In this document: positions 45,468 to 55,546 of the stretch, in pieces
Layout of the letters: each line of letters opens with the position of its first letter
Numbering within the stretch: the first letter of the stretch is position 1
Source: an uncultured Gemmatimonadales bacterium
GTDB taxonomy: Bacteria; Gemmatimonadota; Gemmatimonadetes; Longimicrobiales; RSA9
DNA length: 64,000 nt
Direction: 5' to 3'
Assembly (NCBI GenBank): GCA_963708135.1
Contig: OY970192.1
Span: 5,024,001 to 5,088,000 of the forward strand
Position numbers and translations under genes: made by a program
The notes under the pieces: generated by a model
Told to the model about the DNA's origin: nothing
The model's database searches: none
Seen by the model: the letters and a program-made list of their open reading frames with translations, nothing else

Positions 45468-46936
45468 GCGCCACGGTCGTCGCGCGGCCGGACTTCGTCA
45501 ACGTGGGGGAGGACCTGAGCGGGAGTCCGCTCTGGAACCCGGACCTCGCCCCCACGCCCCTCGAGCGGCGCACGTGGTCCACCTACAACGTCGCGGCGCT
45601 GTGGGTGGGCATGAGCGTGGTCATCACGACCTACACGCTCGCCTCCGGGCTGATGGCGCAGGGGATGTTCTGGTGGCAGGCGCTGCTCACCATCCTGCTC
45701 GGCAACGGCATCGTGCTGATCCCGATGGTGCTGAACGCGCACGCCGGCACGAAGTACGGCATCTCGTTTCCCGTGCTGTGCCGCGCGGCGTTCGGCGTGC
45801 GGGGGGCCAACATCGCCGCGATGCTGCGCGCCATCGTCGCCTGCGGCTGGTTCGGCATACAGACCTGGATCGGAGGGCTGGCGCTGGACACGCTGCTCAC
45901 GGCGGCGTGGGCCGGCTGGACGGGCGTGGGCGCGCACCTCGGTATCGCGTTCGCCATCTTCTGGCTCGTGCAGGTCGCCATCATCCTGCGCGGGACCGAC
46001 GCCATCAAGGCGCTCGAGAGCTGGAGCGCGCCTTTGCTGCTCGCGGGCGGCGGCGCGCTCATGGTCTGGGCCGCGGTGCGCGGCGGCGGCGTGGTCAACG
46101 TGCTGACCCGCTCCTCGGCGCTGCGGAGCGGGCAGGCCGACTTCTGGGACGTCTTCCCGGCCGGGCTGACGGCCGCCGTGGGCTACTGGGCGACGCTCTC
46201 GCTGAACATCCCCGACTTCACCCGCTACGCCCGCAGCCAGCGCTCGCAGATGCTGGGGCAGGCGCTGGGGCTGCCGACGACGATGACGGCGTTCGCCTTC
46301 ATCGGCGTCTTCGTCACGGCCGCCACGACCATCGTCTTCGGCAAGGCCGTGTGGGACCCCGTCGTGCTGATCGGCATGATCGGCAGCGCGCCGGTCATCA
46401 TCATCGGCGCGGTCGTGGTGCTGGTCGCGCAGCTCACGACCAACATGGCCGCCAACGTGGTCTCGCCATCCAACGACTTCTCCAACCTCGATCCCCGCCG
46501 CATCAGCTACGTGACCGGCGGCCTCATCACCGCGGTGCTCGGCATCGTGATCATGCCGTGGAAGCTGTACGCGGATGCCGCCGCCTACATCTTCACCTGG
46601 CTGCTGGGCTACTCCAGCCTGATGGGCGCGCTGGGCGGGATCCTCATCGCGGACTACTGGGTCCTCAGGCGCCAGCACCTGCTGCTGGCGGACCTCTTCA
46701 AGCCGGATGGCGCCTACCGCTACACCCGCGGCTTCCACATCCCGGCCATCCTGGCGCTGGTGCTCGCCGTGGCGCCCGTGGTGCCCGGCTTCATCCGCGC
46801 CGCGCTCACGCCCGGCGGCGTGGTGGCGCACCCGGGGCTGTCGGACCAGCTTTACTCGCACGCCTGGTTCGTCACCTTCATCGGCAGCTTCACCCTCTAC
46901 CTGCTCCTGACTCGAGGCGAGACCCACAATGGCTAG
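45464..46936 (+). CDS. NCS1 family nucleobase:cation symporter
   Basis: LWN.DLAP, GTKYGI.FPVL.RA.FG.RG, WATLSLNIPDF.RYA, N.AANVVSP; TTG start overlapping the hydA stop. Confidence 0.92.
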   Translation: MSATVVARPDFVNVGEDLSGSPLWNPDLAPTPLERRTWSTYNVAALWVGMSVVITTYTLASGLMAQGMFWWQALLTILLGNGIVLIPMVLNAHAGTKYGISFPVLCRAAFGVRGANIAAMLRAIVACGWFGIQTWIGGLALDTLLTAAWAGWTGVGAHLGIAFAIFWLVQVAIILRGTDAIKALESWSAPLLLAGGGALMVWAAVRGGGVVNVLTRSSALRSGQADFWDVFPAGLTAAVGYWATLSLNIPDFTRYARSQRSQMLGQALGLPTTMTAFAFIGVFVTAATTIVFGKAVWDPVVLIGMIGSAPVIIIGAVVVLVAQLTTNMAANVVSPSNDFSNLDPRRISYVTGGLITAVLGIVIMPWKLYADAAAYIFTWLLGYSSLMGALGGILIADYWVLRRQHLLLADLFKPDGAYRYTRGFHIPAILALVLAVAPVVPGFIRAALTPGGVVAHPGLSDQLYSHAWFVTFIGSFTLYLLLTRGETHNG

Positions 46937-47798
46937 ACTCGTGAAGTGCGGCCTCATCCAGGCCCGCCACGCCTGCGCGACCGATGAAGACCTCGAGACC
47001 ATCCGCGAGGCCAACCTGGCCAAGCACATCGACATCATCGAGGACGCCGCCCGCGAGGGCGTGCAGGTGCTCTGCATGCAGGAGATCTTCACGGGGCCCT
47101 ACTTCTGCGCCGAGCAGACGCCGCGCTGGTACGACGCCACCGAGCACATTCCCGACGGGCCGACCACCAGGCTCATGCAGGAGCTCGCGCGCAAGCACGA
47201 GATGGTCATGGTCGTGCCGCTCTACGAGGAGGAGGGGACGGGCATCTACTACAACACCGCCGCCGTCATCGATGCCGATGGCACCTACCTCGGCAAGTAC
47301 CGAAAGAACCACATCCCGCACTGCGCGCCCGGCTTCTGGGAGAAGTTCTACTTCCGGCCCGGCAACCTGGGCTACCCGGTCTTCGACACGCGCTACGGCA
47401 AGGTGGGCGTCTACATCTGCTACGACCGCCACTTCCCGGAGGGCGCGCGCGAGCTCGGCCTCAACGGCGCCGAGATCGTGCTCAACCCCTCCGCCACCGT
47501 GGCCGGCCTGAGCGAGTACCTCTGGAAGCTGGAGCAGCCGGCGCACGCCGTGGCCAACGCCTACTTCGTCGGCGCCATCAACCGCGTGGGCTTCGAGGCG
47601 CCCTGGAACATCGGCGAGTTCTACGGCCAGAGCTACTTCGTCGATCCGCGCGGCCAGTTCCTGGCCACCGGCAGCCGCGACAAGGACGAGCTGGTGACCG
47701 CCGAGCTGGACCTCGACACCATCCGCGAGGTGCGCAACGTGTGGCAGTTCTACCGCGACCGCCGCCCGGAGACCTACTCGCGGACCGTGGAGCTCTGA
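46929..47798 (+). CDS. Beta-ureidopropionase-like nitrilase superfamily hydrolase
   Basis: Catalytic E-K-C triad: MQEIF, YRKNHIP, ICYDRHFPE; FWEKFYFRPGN; operon context. Confidence 0.9.
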   Translation: MARLVKCGLIQARHACATDEDLETIREANLAKHIDIIEDAAREGVQVLCMQEIFTGPYFCAEQTPRWYDATEHIPDGPTTRLMQELARKHEMVMVVPLYEEEGTGIYYNTAAVIDADGTYLGKYRKNHIPHCAPGFWEKFYFRPGNLGYPVFDTRYGKVGVYICYDRHFPEGARELGLNGAEIVLNPSATVAGLSEYLWKLEQPAHAVANAYFVGAINRVGFEAPWNIGEFYGQSYFVDPRGQFLATGSRDKDELVTAELDLDTIREVRNVWQFYRDRRPETYSRTVEL

Positions 47799-48274
47799 CC
47801 CCCGCCGCCGCGCCGCGCGGCTCGCTCCACCATCAGCCGGCAGCAGAGCGAGCCGCGCGCCGCGCCCTCGCCGAGCGTTGCCACCTCCGCCCAGCGCCAG
47901 TCCGCGTACTGCGTCACCTCCGGGTGCGGCTGGGGCACGGCCGGCTTGCCCGCCAGGATCCGCGCCTCCAGCAGCCGCATCTCCAGCGCGCAGGTCGGCC
48001 GCTCCTGCGCGCCTGAATTCAGCACCCGTCCCGGCTCGAGCGCCACGCCGAGCTTCTCCCGACCGCTCCGGACGACCGCGTCCTCCCACGTCTCGCCGGC
48101 GCGCAGGCTGCCGGCCGGGAGCCCCCAGAGGTTCGGCAACTCGGCGTCGTCCGGCGGGCGCAGGACCGTGAGCACGCGCCCGTCGCCGGAGGGATGGGGG
48201 ATGCCGAAGGAGACGGAGCGCTTGCGGCGCGGGGTGGGCGCCGACGGGCCACGCGGCTCGGGCGGAGCGGTCAC
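47774..48274 (-). CDS. NUDIX-fold protein with a degenerate Nudix box
   Basis: WGLPAGSLRAGETWEDAVVRSGREKLGV. Confidence 0.7.
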   Translation of the reverse strand: MTAPPEPRGPSAPTPRRKRSVSFGIPHPSGDGRVLTVLRPPDDAELPNLWGLPAGSLRAGETWEDAVVRSGREKLGVALEPGRVLNSGAQERPTCALEMRLLEARILAGKPAVPQPHPEVTQYADWRWAEVATLGEGAARGSLCCRLMVERAARRGGGGQSSTVRE

Positions 48275-48283
48275 GTCGCCGCC

Positions 48284-48811
48284 CTATCTCCGCTCCTCGA
48301 ACACGATCACCTCTCCCACATCCGGATCCACGTCGGTCCCATTCTCGATCATGCCGAGCTTCTCGGCTACGCGCAGGGAGGCGACGTTCCAGGGCGGGAT
48401 GGTGGCGCGGATCGTCCGCAGCGCGGGGTCGCCCCACGCCCAGTCGAAGATGGCGCGGACGCCCTCCGTGCAGTAGCCGCGACGCTCGTGGGCGGGGTAG
48501 ATCGAGTAGCCGATCTGGACGACGCCCGCCGCATCGGGGTAGCCGCTGAACCCGGCCGCGCCGACCGGCACGGTGTCGTCGAGCCGGCTGAACAGCCAGA
48601 TGCTCCAGCCCGCGGGCGTCGCCGTCGCCCGCATGACCGCGCCGATCGAGGAGAGGTCCTCCTCGAGCAGCGGCGGGGCGAGGACGGGCTCGGGGAAGCG
48701 GACGCCGAGCACCTCCCGCAGGGCCGCGGCGTCGCCGGCGGCCCAGAGGTCCACGTCCTCCGGGGTGAGCCCCGTCGCCGCCAGGCGGGCCGTGCGCAGC
48801 GCCGGCCTCAC
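48284..48811 (-). CDS. GNAT N-acetyltransferase (RimJ/RimL-like)
   Basis: LRTARL, VQIGYSI.PAH.RRGYCTE, N.ASLRVAEKLG; GTG overlapping the upstream stop. Confidence 0.85.
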   Translation of the reverse strand: MRPALRTARLAATGLTPEDVDLWAAGDAAALREVLGVRFPEPVLAPPLLEEDLSSIGAVMRATATPAGWSIWLFSRLDDTVPVGAAGFSGYPDAAGVVQIGYSIYPAHERRGYCTEGVRAIFDWAWGDPALRTIRATIPPWNVASLRVAEKLGMIENGTDVDPDVGEVIVFEERR

Positions 48812-49884
48812 GTCGTCGCCGCCGTGATGGAGAGGATGCGCGGGAGGAAGCCGGCCACGAGCCTCCACGAGGTGCCGCCGTCGCGGCTCGCGAAAAGGTG
48901 GCCGCTCGAGGTGCCGAAGTAGACGCCGCACGGCTCCGCACCGTCGCTCGCCATCGCCTCGCGGAGCACCGAGACGTACGCGTCGCGCTGCGGCAGCCCG
49001 TCGCTCGGCGCGCTCCACGTCGCCCCCCCGTCCGTCGTGCGGTAGACGCGCAGCCGGCCGCCCACCGTCGTCCGCATGTGGCTCGACTCCTCCGGGATCA
49101 CCCAGGCGACGTCGGGGTCCGCCGGGTCCACCGCGAGCGCGTACCCGAAGTCGCTCGGCAGCTCGCCCGTGACCTCGACCCACGTCTCGCCCCCGTCGTC
49201 GCTCCGGTACGTGCCGCAGTGGTTCTGCTGCCAGAGCCGGTCCGGCCGGGCCGGGTGGACGCGCAGCTTGTGCACGCACTGCCCCGTCTCCGACACCTTC
49301 TGCGGCAGGAACTCCGCCCGCACCCCGCGGTTCAGCGCGCGCCAGCTCGCGCCGCCGTCGTCCGTGCGGTAGACACCGCCGGCGGAGAGCGCGCACCAGA
49401 CGCGCGCCGCGTCGCGCGGGTCCACCTCGATGGAGTGCAGCGCCAGCGCCCCGCCGGCCGGCTGCCAGCTCTCGCGCGTGGGGTGCTCGTTCAGCCCGGC
49501 CACGCTCCGCCACGAGCCGCCGCGGTCCCGCGAGACGAAGAGCCCCGCCGGCTCGATCCCCGCGTAGAGCGTGGCGGGCTCGCTCGCGTGCCCCGGCGCC
49601 AGCGCCCAGATCGCCGCGAGCCCGCGCTCGTCCGCGTGCTCCGGCGCGGCCTCCAGCACCTCCCAGCTCGCGCCGCCATCCTCGCTCCGGTGCACGTGCG
49701 CGCCCCAGACCGCGTGCGAGGTGGCGGCCCACGCCGTCCGGCCGTCGCGCGGGTCGAGGAGCGCGTGGTAGACCTCGCGGCCCACCAGCAGCGGCTCCGA
49801 GAGCGTCCACCGCTCGCGCGCCGCGTCCGAGCGCGCCAGGAACAGGCCGCGCTTCGTGCCGATGAAGAGGGTGATCTCGGGCAT
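48808..49884 (-). CDS. BNR/Asp-box repeat beta-propeller (glycosyl hydrolase/sialidase-like)
   Basis: GTKRGLF, repeated S.DGG.SW Asp boxes, GQCVHK, QQNHCG.YRSDD.G. Confidence 0.85.
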   Translation of the reverse strand: MPEITLFIGTKRGLFLARSDAARERWTLSEPLLVGREVYHALLDPRDGRTAWAATSHAVWGAHVHRSEDGGASWEVLEAAPEHADERGLAAIWALAPGHASEPATLYAGIEPAGLFVSRDRGGSWRSVAGLNEHPTRESWQPAGGALALHSIEVDPRDAARVWCALSAGGVYRTDDGGASWRALNRGVRAEFLPQKVSETGQCVHKLRVHPARPDRLWQQNHCGTYRSDDGGETWVEVTGELPSDFGYALAVDPADPDVAWVIPEESSHMRTTVGGRLRVYRTTDGGATWSAPSDGLPQRDAYVSVLREAMASDGAEPCGVYFGTSSGHLFASRDGGTSWRLVAGFLPRILSITAATT

Positions 49885-49989
49885 CCTCACAAGCTAGCAG
49901 GCAAGGGCCCGCGGCCGCGATGGTCGCCCCCGCGCGGGGCCCCGGGCCGGGGCCGGCGCATGGTCGGCGCCCCGGTGCCGGGCGTGGCG

Positions 49990-50376
49990 AGAGTGGGGGA
50001 GTGGGGGAGTGGGGGAGTGGGTGATGTTCGCGGCGGGAGCACGTTCGCCGGGGAGCACCGGCTCCAGCGGGTGCGTCACTGCCGCCCGGCAGGGCCGGCC
50101 GTCGCGCGCGGGGCGGACCAAACTCCCACATCGTCGCCGGCGGGGAGTCGCCCTTGCAGAAAGGGCCGCTATGCGGACCAAAGTCCCCGGTGGTTCGCGC
50201 CGCCATCGACGCGACGGGACTTTGGTCCGCATAGCGGCTCAAAGTCCGGCCGGACCCCGAAGCGTGCCACGGTCGTGCAGAAATGTCCGCCCGCGGACCC
50301 GCGGGCCGGCCCACCGCGCGAATTCCGCCCTGCCAGGCACATCACCCGCTCACCCACTCCGCGCCTCCGCCACTCG
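49990..50376. repeat. Octamer-armed repeat element containing a perfect 23-bp inverted repeat
   Basis: (GAGTGGGG)n GTGATGT left end and ACATCAC CCGCTCACCCACTC right end; internal IR 50165-50187 / 50216-50238. Confidence 0.75.
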
Positions 50377-51715
50377 GGGCACGCGGACGGGACGCGTGCC
50401 GCGCCCGCCCGCCCGCCTCGCCCGCGCGGTGCACGCCGAGTCGGAGCAGGATCGGGCCGGCGAGCTGGTGCAGCGCCATCGTCGCCAGGAACAGGGTGCG
50501 CATGGACGCGCCGGCATCGGGGAGCACGCGCGCGGCCACGGTGACGAGGCCGACGGCGACGCCGGCCTGCGAGATCAGGCCGAGCCAGGCGTAGCGTTCC
50601 ACCACCGGCTCGGCGCGGGCGAGGCGAGCGCCCGTGCGGCAGCCGAGCCAGAGCGCCAGGGTGCGCGTGCCCACGACGACGAGCGCCAGCACCCACAGCG
50701 TGCGCAGTTCCGAGAGCCGGATCGAGGCGCCGGCCAGCGCGAAGAAGAGCGCGTAGGCCGGGATCCCGACCGTGTGCAGCGCCTTCACCAGCGGCTCGCC
50801 GTTCGTGGGGCTCACGTTCTCGACGAAGAAGCCGGCCGACAGCATGAACAGCATGAACTCCACGTGCAGCGCGTCGGCCACCTCGAAGCCGAGCAGGGCG
50901 AGGAAGATGACGAAGATCGGCAGCTGCTTGCCGATCCAGCGCAGGTAGCCGTCGATCAGGAGGCCGAGCACGCCTCCGGCGACGATGGCGCCGATCAGCT
51001 CCCACGCCACCGCGCCGAGCGAGGCGAAGTCGATGCCGCCGCCGCCCGTCACCCCGCGCGCGAGGGCGAGCGTCAGCGTGACCAGCAGCACGACCACGAC
51101 GTCGGCGGCGACCACCACGCCGAGCACCGTTTCGGCGAGTGGCCCGTCCGCCTCCTCCTCGTCCAGCACGGCGAGCGTCGCGGCCGGCGAGCCGATCGCG
51201 GCGATCGCCGCGAAGACGAGCGCGAGCGCCACCGCCGCGCCCAGGCCGCGGCCGGCGAGGAAGGGGGCCGCGCCGCGCGCGGCGACCAGGCCGGCGGTCA
51301 CGAGCACGAGCACCGCGCCCACCTGGAGCAGCAGGATCCAGAGGATCGCGCGGCCGCGGGCCCGGAGCATGGACGGCCGCAGCTCGCCGCCCGCCACGAA
51401 CGCGATGACGCCGATCGCCAGCCGGTCCAGCAGCGCCAGGTCGAGGATGTTCTTCTCCGTGATCAGCCCGAGCGCCTCCGGACCGAGCAGGATCCCCACC
51501 AGCAGGTAGCCCGTGATCCCCGGGAAGCCCACCGTCCGCGCCAGCTGCCCCACCAGCGTGGCCACGAGGAACAGGAACCCCGCCGTCATCGCGAGCTCAC
51601 CGAAGCTCGCCCCCCGCGCCACGGCGGGGATGGGCACGGCGCGCAGCAGCCAGAAGAGCGCGATGAGCACCGCCGCCGGTGCGGCGTGCGAGATGGCGCG
51701 GGTGGCCCGGGTCAT
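50342..51715 (-). CDS. Cation:proton antiporter (CPA family)
   Basis: P.ITGYLLVGILLGP, IAF.AG.EL, FFALAGASI, GLISQAGVAVGL; many TM helices. Confidence 0.88.
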   Translation of the reverse strand: MTRATRAISHAAPAAVLIALFWLLRAVPIPAVARGASFGELAMTAGFLFLVATLVGQLARTVGFPGITGYLLVGILLGPEALGLITEKNILDLALLDRLAIGVIAFVAGGELRPSMLRARGRAILWILLLQVGAVLVLVTAGLVAARGAAPFLAGRGLGAAVALALVFAAIAAIGSPAATLAVLDEEEADGPLAETVLGVVVAADVVVVLLVTLTLALARGVTGGGGIDFASLGAVAWELIGAIVAGGVLGLLIDGYLRWIGKQLPIFVIFLALLGFEVADALHVEFMLFMLSAGFFVENVSPTNGEPLVKALHTVGIPAYALFFALAGASIRLSELRTLWVLALVVVGTRTLALWLGCRTGARLARAEPVVERYAWLGLISQAGVAVGLVTVAARVLPDAGASMRTLFLATMALHQLAGPILLRLGVHRAGEAGGRARHASRPRAPSGGGAEWVSG

Positions 51716-51753
51716 GGGGGAAGGATGGGCGGGGGCGGGGGTGGCGACAAGCC

Positions 51754-52204
51754 GGAGTGGGAGTGGGGGAGCGGGGGAGTGGGGGACTCCGGGCCGGCTG
51801 CGCGGGTGCGCCGGCTTCCGGGCCTCGCGACCATGCCCGCGCGCCGCGTCGGCCCCCGCGCCGCCGGAAGGTGCATGGCCGGGCATCCGGCGTTACGCCG
51901 GCGAGCTTGAAACCGCCCGGAAGCCGGATGGCCGGGGATCCGGCGTACCCGGCGCGAGCGTGGAACCGCCCGGAAGCTGCATGGCCGGGGATCCGGCGTA
52001 CCCGGGGCGAGCGTGGAACCGCCCGGAAGCTGCATGGCCGGGGATCCGGCGTACCTTGGGCGAGCGTGGAACCGCCCGGAAGCTGCATGGCCGGGGATCC
52101 GGCGTACCCCGGGCGAGCGTGGAACCGCCCGGAAGGCGCATGGCCGGCGAACGGGCGTGCCCCGCGATCGTCGCCCGGTCCCCCACTCCCCCGCTCCCCC
52201 ACTC
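51754..52204. repeat. Octamer-armed repeat element with about 5.4 tandem 53-bp units
   Basis: Unit CCGCCCGGAAGCTGCATGGCCGGGGATCCGGCGTACCCGGGGCGAGCGTGGAA starting at about 51861, 51913, 51966, 52019, 52072, 52125. Confidence 0.92.
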
Positions 52205-52257
52205 TTCCCTCCCGGCGCCGCGAAGCCTGCGACGCCGGGAGAAAAGACGGGCCAACA

Positions 52258-53733
52258 CTACGCGTCGTGGTACAGGAAAAACTCGTACGGGTGCGGCCGC
52301 AGCGCCATCGGGGCGACCTCCTTCTCCCGCTTCCAGTCGAGCCAGGTCTGGATGACGTCGGCGGTGAAGACGTCGCCTTCCAGGAGGAACGCATGGTCCG
52401 CCTCGAGCGCGTCCAGCACCTCGCCCAGCGAGCCGGGGGTGTTCCTCACACCCGCGCGCTCCTCCGCATCCAGGTGGTAGAGGTCCTTGTCGATCGGCGC
52501 CGGCGGCTCGAGCTGCCGGCGGATCCCGTCCAGCCCGGCCATGAGCAGCGCCGGGAAGGCCAGGTACGGGTTCGCCGTCGGGTCCGGCGCGCGGAACTCG
52601 ATGCGCTTCGACTTCGGGCTCTTCGAGTACATCGGGATGCGGCAGATCGCCGACCGGTTGCGCTGCGAGTACATCAGGTTGATCGGCGCCTCGTAGCCGG
52701 GGACGAGCCGGCGGTACGAGTTCGTCGTCGGCGCGCAGAACGCGAGCAGCGCCGGCGCGTGCGCGATCAGCCCGCCAATATAGTGGCGCGCGATCTCCGA
52801 CAGACCGCCGTACCCCGTCTCGTCGAAGAAGAGGTTCGTGCCGTCCTTCCACAGGCTCTGGTGCACGTGCATGCCCGAGCCGTTGTCGCCGAGCAGCGGC
52901 TTCGGCATGAACGTGGCCAGGTAGCCCGCCTGCTGACAGGCGTTGCGTACGATGTACTTGTAGATCTGCACCTGGTCCGCCATCTGCACCAGCGCGCCGA
53001 AGCGCATGTCGATCTCCGTCTGCCCCGCCGTGCCCACCTCGTGGTGGTGCACCTCCACCGGCACGCCCGCATCCCTCAGCCGCAGCACGATCTCGCTGCG
53101 CAGATCCTGGAACCGGTCCGTCGGCGGCACCGGGAAGTACCCCTCCTTCGTGCGCGGCCGGTACGCCCCGTTCGGCGTGCCGTTCCGCCCCGAGTTCCAG
53201 ATCCCCTCCTCGCTGTCGATCTCGTAGAACGCCTGGTTCGCACCCTCCGCGAAACGCAGCGAGTTGAAGATGTAGAACTCCGCCTCCGGCCCCCAGAACG
53301 ACGCCGTCGCGATCCCGCTCTTCGGCAGGTACGCCTCCGCCTTGCGCGCGATGAAGCGCGGATCGCGCGTGTACGGCAGCCCCGTCACCGGGTCGCGCAC
53401 GTCGCAGATCAGCGCCAGCGTCCTCACCCGCAGCACCGGGTCCACGAACGCGCTCGCCGGGTCCGGGAACAGCAGCATGTCGCTCTCGTGGATCTGCTGG
53501 AACCCCCGGATCGACGAGCCATCGAAGCCCAGTCCCTCGCGGAACGACGCCTCCGTCAGCTCCTCCGCCGGCACCGTGAAGTGCTGCCAGCCGCCCAGCA
53601 GATCCGTGAACCGCACGTCCACCATCGCCACGCCCGCTTCCGCGATCGTCCGCAGCACCTCTTCGACTCCCGCGTGCACCTGCTCCGCCCGCCGCGTCAC
53701 GCGTGCTTCGGCCTCCCGCTCGATCGTCGCCAT
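52258..53733 (-). CDS. glnA: Glutamine synthetase type I
   Basis: VDVRFTDL.G.WQH, FDGSSIRGFQ.IHESDM, HHHEV.TAGQ.EI, TFMPKP..GDNGSGMH.HQS, NSY.RLVPGYEAP, RIEFR.PDP.ANPY, DKDLY. Confidence 0.97.
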   Translation of the reverse strand: MATIEREAEARVTRRAEQVHAGVEEVLRTIAEAGVAMVDVRFTDLLGGWQHFTVPAEELTEASFREGLGFDGSSIRGFQQIHESDMLLFPDPASAFVDPVLRVRTLALICDVRDPVTGLPYTRDPRFIARKAEAYLPKSGIATASFWGPEAEFYIFNSLRFAEGANQAFYEIDSEEGIWNSGRNGTPNGAYRPRTKEGYFPVPPTDRFQDLRSEIVLRLRDAGVPVEVHHHEVGTAGQTEIDMRFGALVQMADQVQIYKYIVRNACQQAGYLATFMPKPLLGDNGSGMHVHQSLWKDGTNLFFDETGYGGLSEIARHYIGGLIAHAPALLAFCAPTTNSYRRLVPGYEAPINLMYSQRNRSAICRIPMYSKSPKSKRIEFRAPDPTANPYLAFPALLMAGLDGIRRQLEPPAPIDKDLYHLDAEERAGVRNTPGSLGEVLDALEADHAFLLEGDVFTADVIQTWLDWKREKEVAPMALRPHPYEFFLYHDA

Positions 53734-54251
53734 GCCGTCGCCTCTCCTGTGCGCTCGTCCGCCCGGGCCGCCCCGGGCCCGGATTGCACAATGTACATCA
53801 CGAAGCCTCTGGTTGGCAACATCCAAGGTGACGATAGTCGATCTTGTGCCATGTGTCGTCCACATCGTACATGCTGATGCGCACTTTCGGCGACATCGAA
53901 CCGGACACCACGCACTCGCCCACCCGCCGTTCAACGAATCCGAATCCAGCGGCGCAGCCGCGGAATGCAGGGGCGACGCCCCGGAATCCGAATGCGGTGG
54001 TCCCCTTCACTGGCGCGGGCGCTCGGCCCGCCCGGCCGACGAGGAAGCATCGCCGGGCCCGGTCAAGGCGGAAGCGTGGTCGCGTAACGCGCGTGTCCCG
54101 GGTGGGCCGCCCTTCCGCGCGCTCGGCCGGCGCCACGCCGGCACGCAGGTTGCCTCTTTCGAGCCACCTCATGGGAAGCACCGGACCCGGCCGCGGGGCC
54201 GTGCGGCCGCGCGGGCCGAAGGCCGGCGGGTCCGCCGAGCGGAGGGGGCGC

Positions 54252-54662
54252 ATGGCGTACGATCATCCGTTCTGGGCGCACGAGCGCTGGGGCTCCGGCT
54301 GGCTGCCGCGGGATCCGGCCTGGAACGAGCTGCACGACTACGACTTCGAGATCCGTGGCCCGTACCGACCGGGCGCGCTGGTGGATGGGTACATGGAGTG
54401 GCGTCGCTTCCGGGAGGAGGAGCGCCGGGCCTGGGAGGACACGCACCCCGGCTCGTGGGAAGAGCACGACCCGATGGAGCTGAACCCCGCGGCCGAGCTG
54501 CGCCGCTGGGAGCTCTGGCGGCGCGCCCGCCGGCGCGCCCGCCTGGCCGCGGAATACGACGAGGCGGCAGGCGACGTGTACGGCGCCGACTACTTCCGCC
54601 GCGTCCCCGGCCTGCGCCGCCGCCTCGGGTCGCGCGGCCGCCGCGGCTGGCGCGAGTACTAG
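54252..54662 (+). CDS. Hypothetical Trp/Arg/Glu-rich protein
   Basis: GGAGG RBS before ATG 54252; 136 aa with GC3-rich codon usage. Confidence 0.65.
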   Translation: MAYDHPFWAHERWGSGWLPRDPAWNELHDYDFEIRGPYRPGALVDGYMEWRRFREEERRAWEDTHPGSWEEHDPMELNPAAELRRWELWRRARRRARLAAEYDEAAGDVYGADYFRRVPGLRRRLGSRGRRGWREY

Positions 54663-54759
54663 CCGGCCCGCGGCCGCGGCCGGCGCCGCCCTGACGCCCG
54701 CCGCCACTTCCGCTGCCCCGGCTCCACGCGTGAGCCCCGCACCGGCCCGCCGCCCTCGG

Positions 54760-55546
54760 GCAACCCCGACGGGACGCGCGGCGATCTCCATCCCGTCACC
54801 TCGCGCCGAGGCCACCGCCGGCGCCCCGCCGCCACCGCCGGCGCCCCGCCCCGCCGCCACCTCCGCTGCCCCGCCTCCACCCCTGAGGCCCCGCACCGCC
54901 CCGCCGCCCCGCGCAACCCGACGGCACGCGAGGCGATCTCCATCCCGTGACCTCGCGCCGAGGCCACCCGGCGCCCCGGCGCCCTCGCCGTGGAACGCAG
55001 CATCGCCCGGGACCAGCCGGACCGGCGTCGTTCGCCGGTCTCGCTCGTGGCGTTGGGCCGCGTCCCCGCGGCGGGCGGGTCGGGAGGGTGGTGGTTTCCA
55101 GCATCCGTGCAGCGAGCGATTTCTCGTAGGGTGCGCCCTCTCGACGGCCGCGATCGAGGTTCGTCTCGCCAGGCGAGCGAGATCTCGTCCGCGACCCGGC
55201 GCGCACGCCACTACTACGAGATTCGTCCCGCCAGGAGAGCGAAATCTCGATCGCGAGCATCGGGCCGGCACACCGTGCGAGATTTCTCTCGCAGGTTCGT
55301 CCGCGCCGCCCCGCCCCGCCCCGCCCCGCCGCCGCTTGTGCCGCACCGCCCCGCACCGCCCCGCCGCCCCGCGCAACCCGACGGGGCGCGAGGCGATCTC
55401 CATCCCGTGACCTCGCGCCGAGGCGGCCCGGCGCCCCGCCGCCCTCGCCGTGGAACGCAGCGCCGCCCTGGACCGGCGTCTTCCGCCGGTGTCGTTCGTG
55501 GCGTTGCCCCGCGTCCCCGCGTCGGGCGGGGTGGGAGGGTGGCGGT
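54760..55546. repeat. Intergenic composite repeat: three copies of a core, two of them extended to ~180-bp direct repeats
   Basis: GGCGATCTCCATCCCGT(C/G)ACCTCGCGCCGAGGC at about 54780, 54932, 55392; 54911-55095 matches 55371-55546. Confidence 0.85.

Noticed and set aside
51861..52150. 53-bp repeats as a CRISPR array
   Set aside because: Units are contiguous and nearly identical along their whole length; there are no unique spacers and no cas genes.
53780..53870. sigma54/NtrC sites upstream of glnA
   Set aside because: TGGCAC on the minus strand is not followed by TTGC at the right spacing; no clear consensus.
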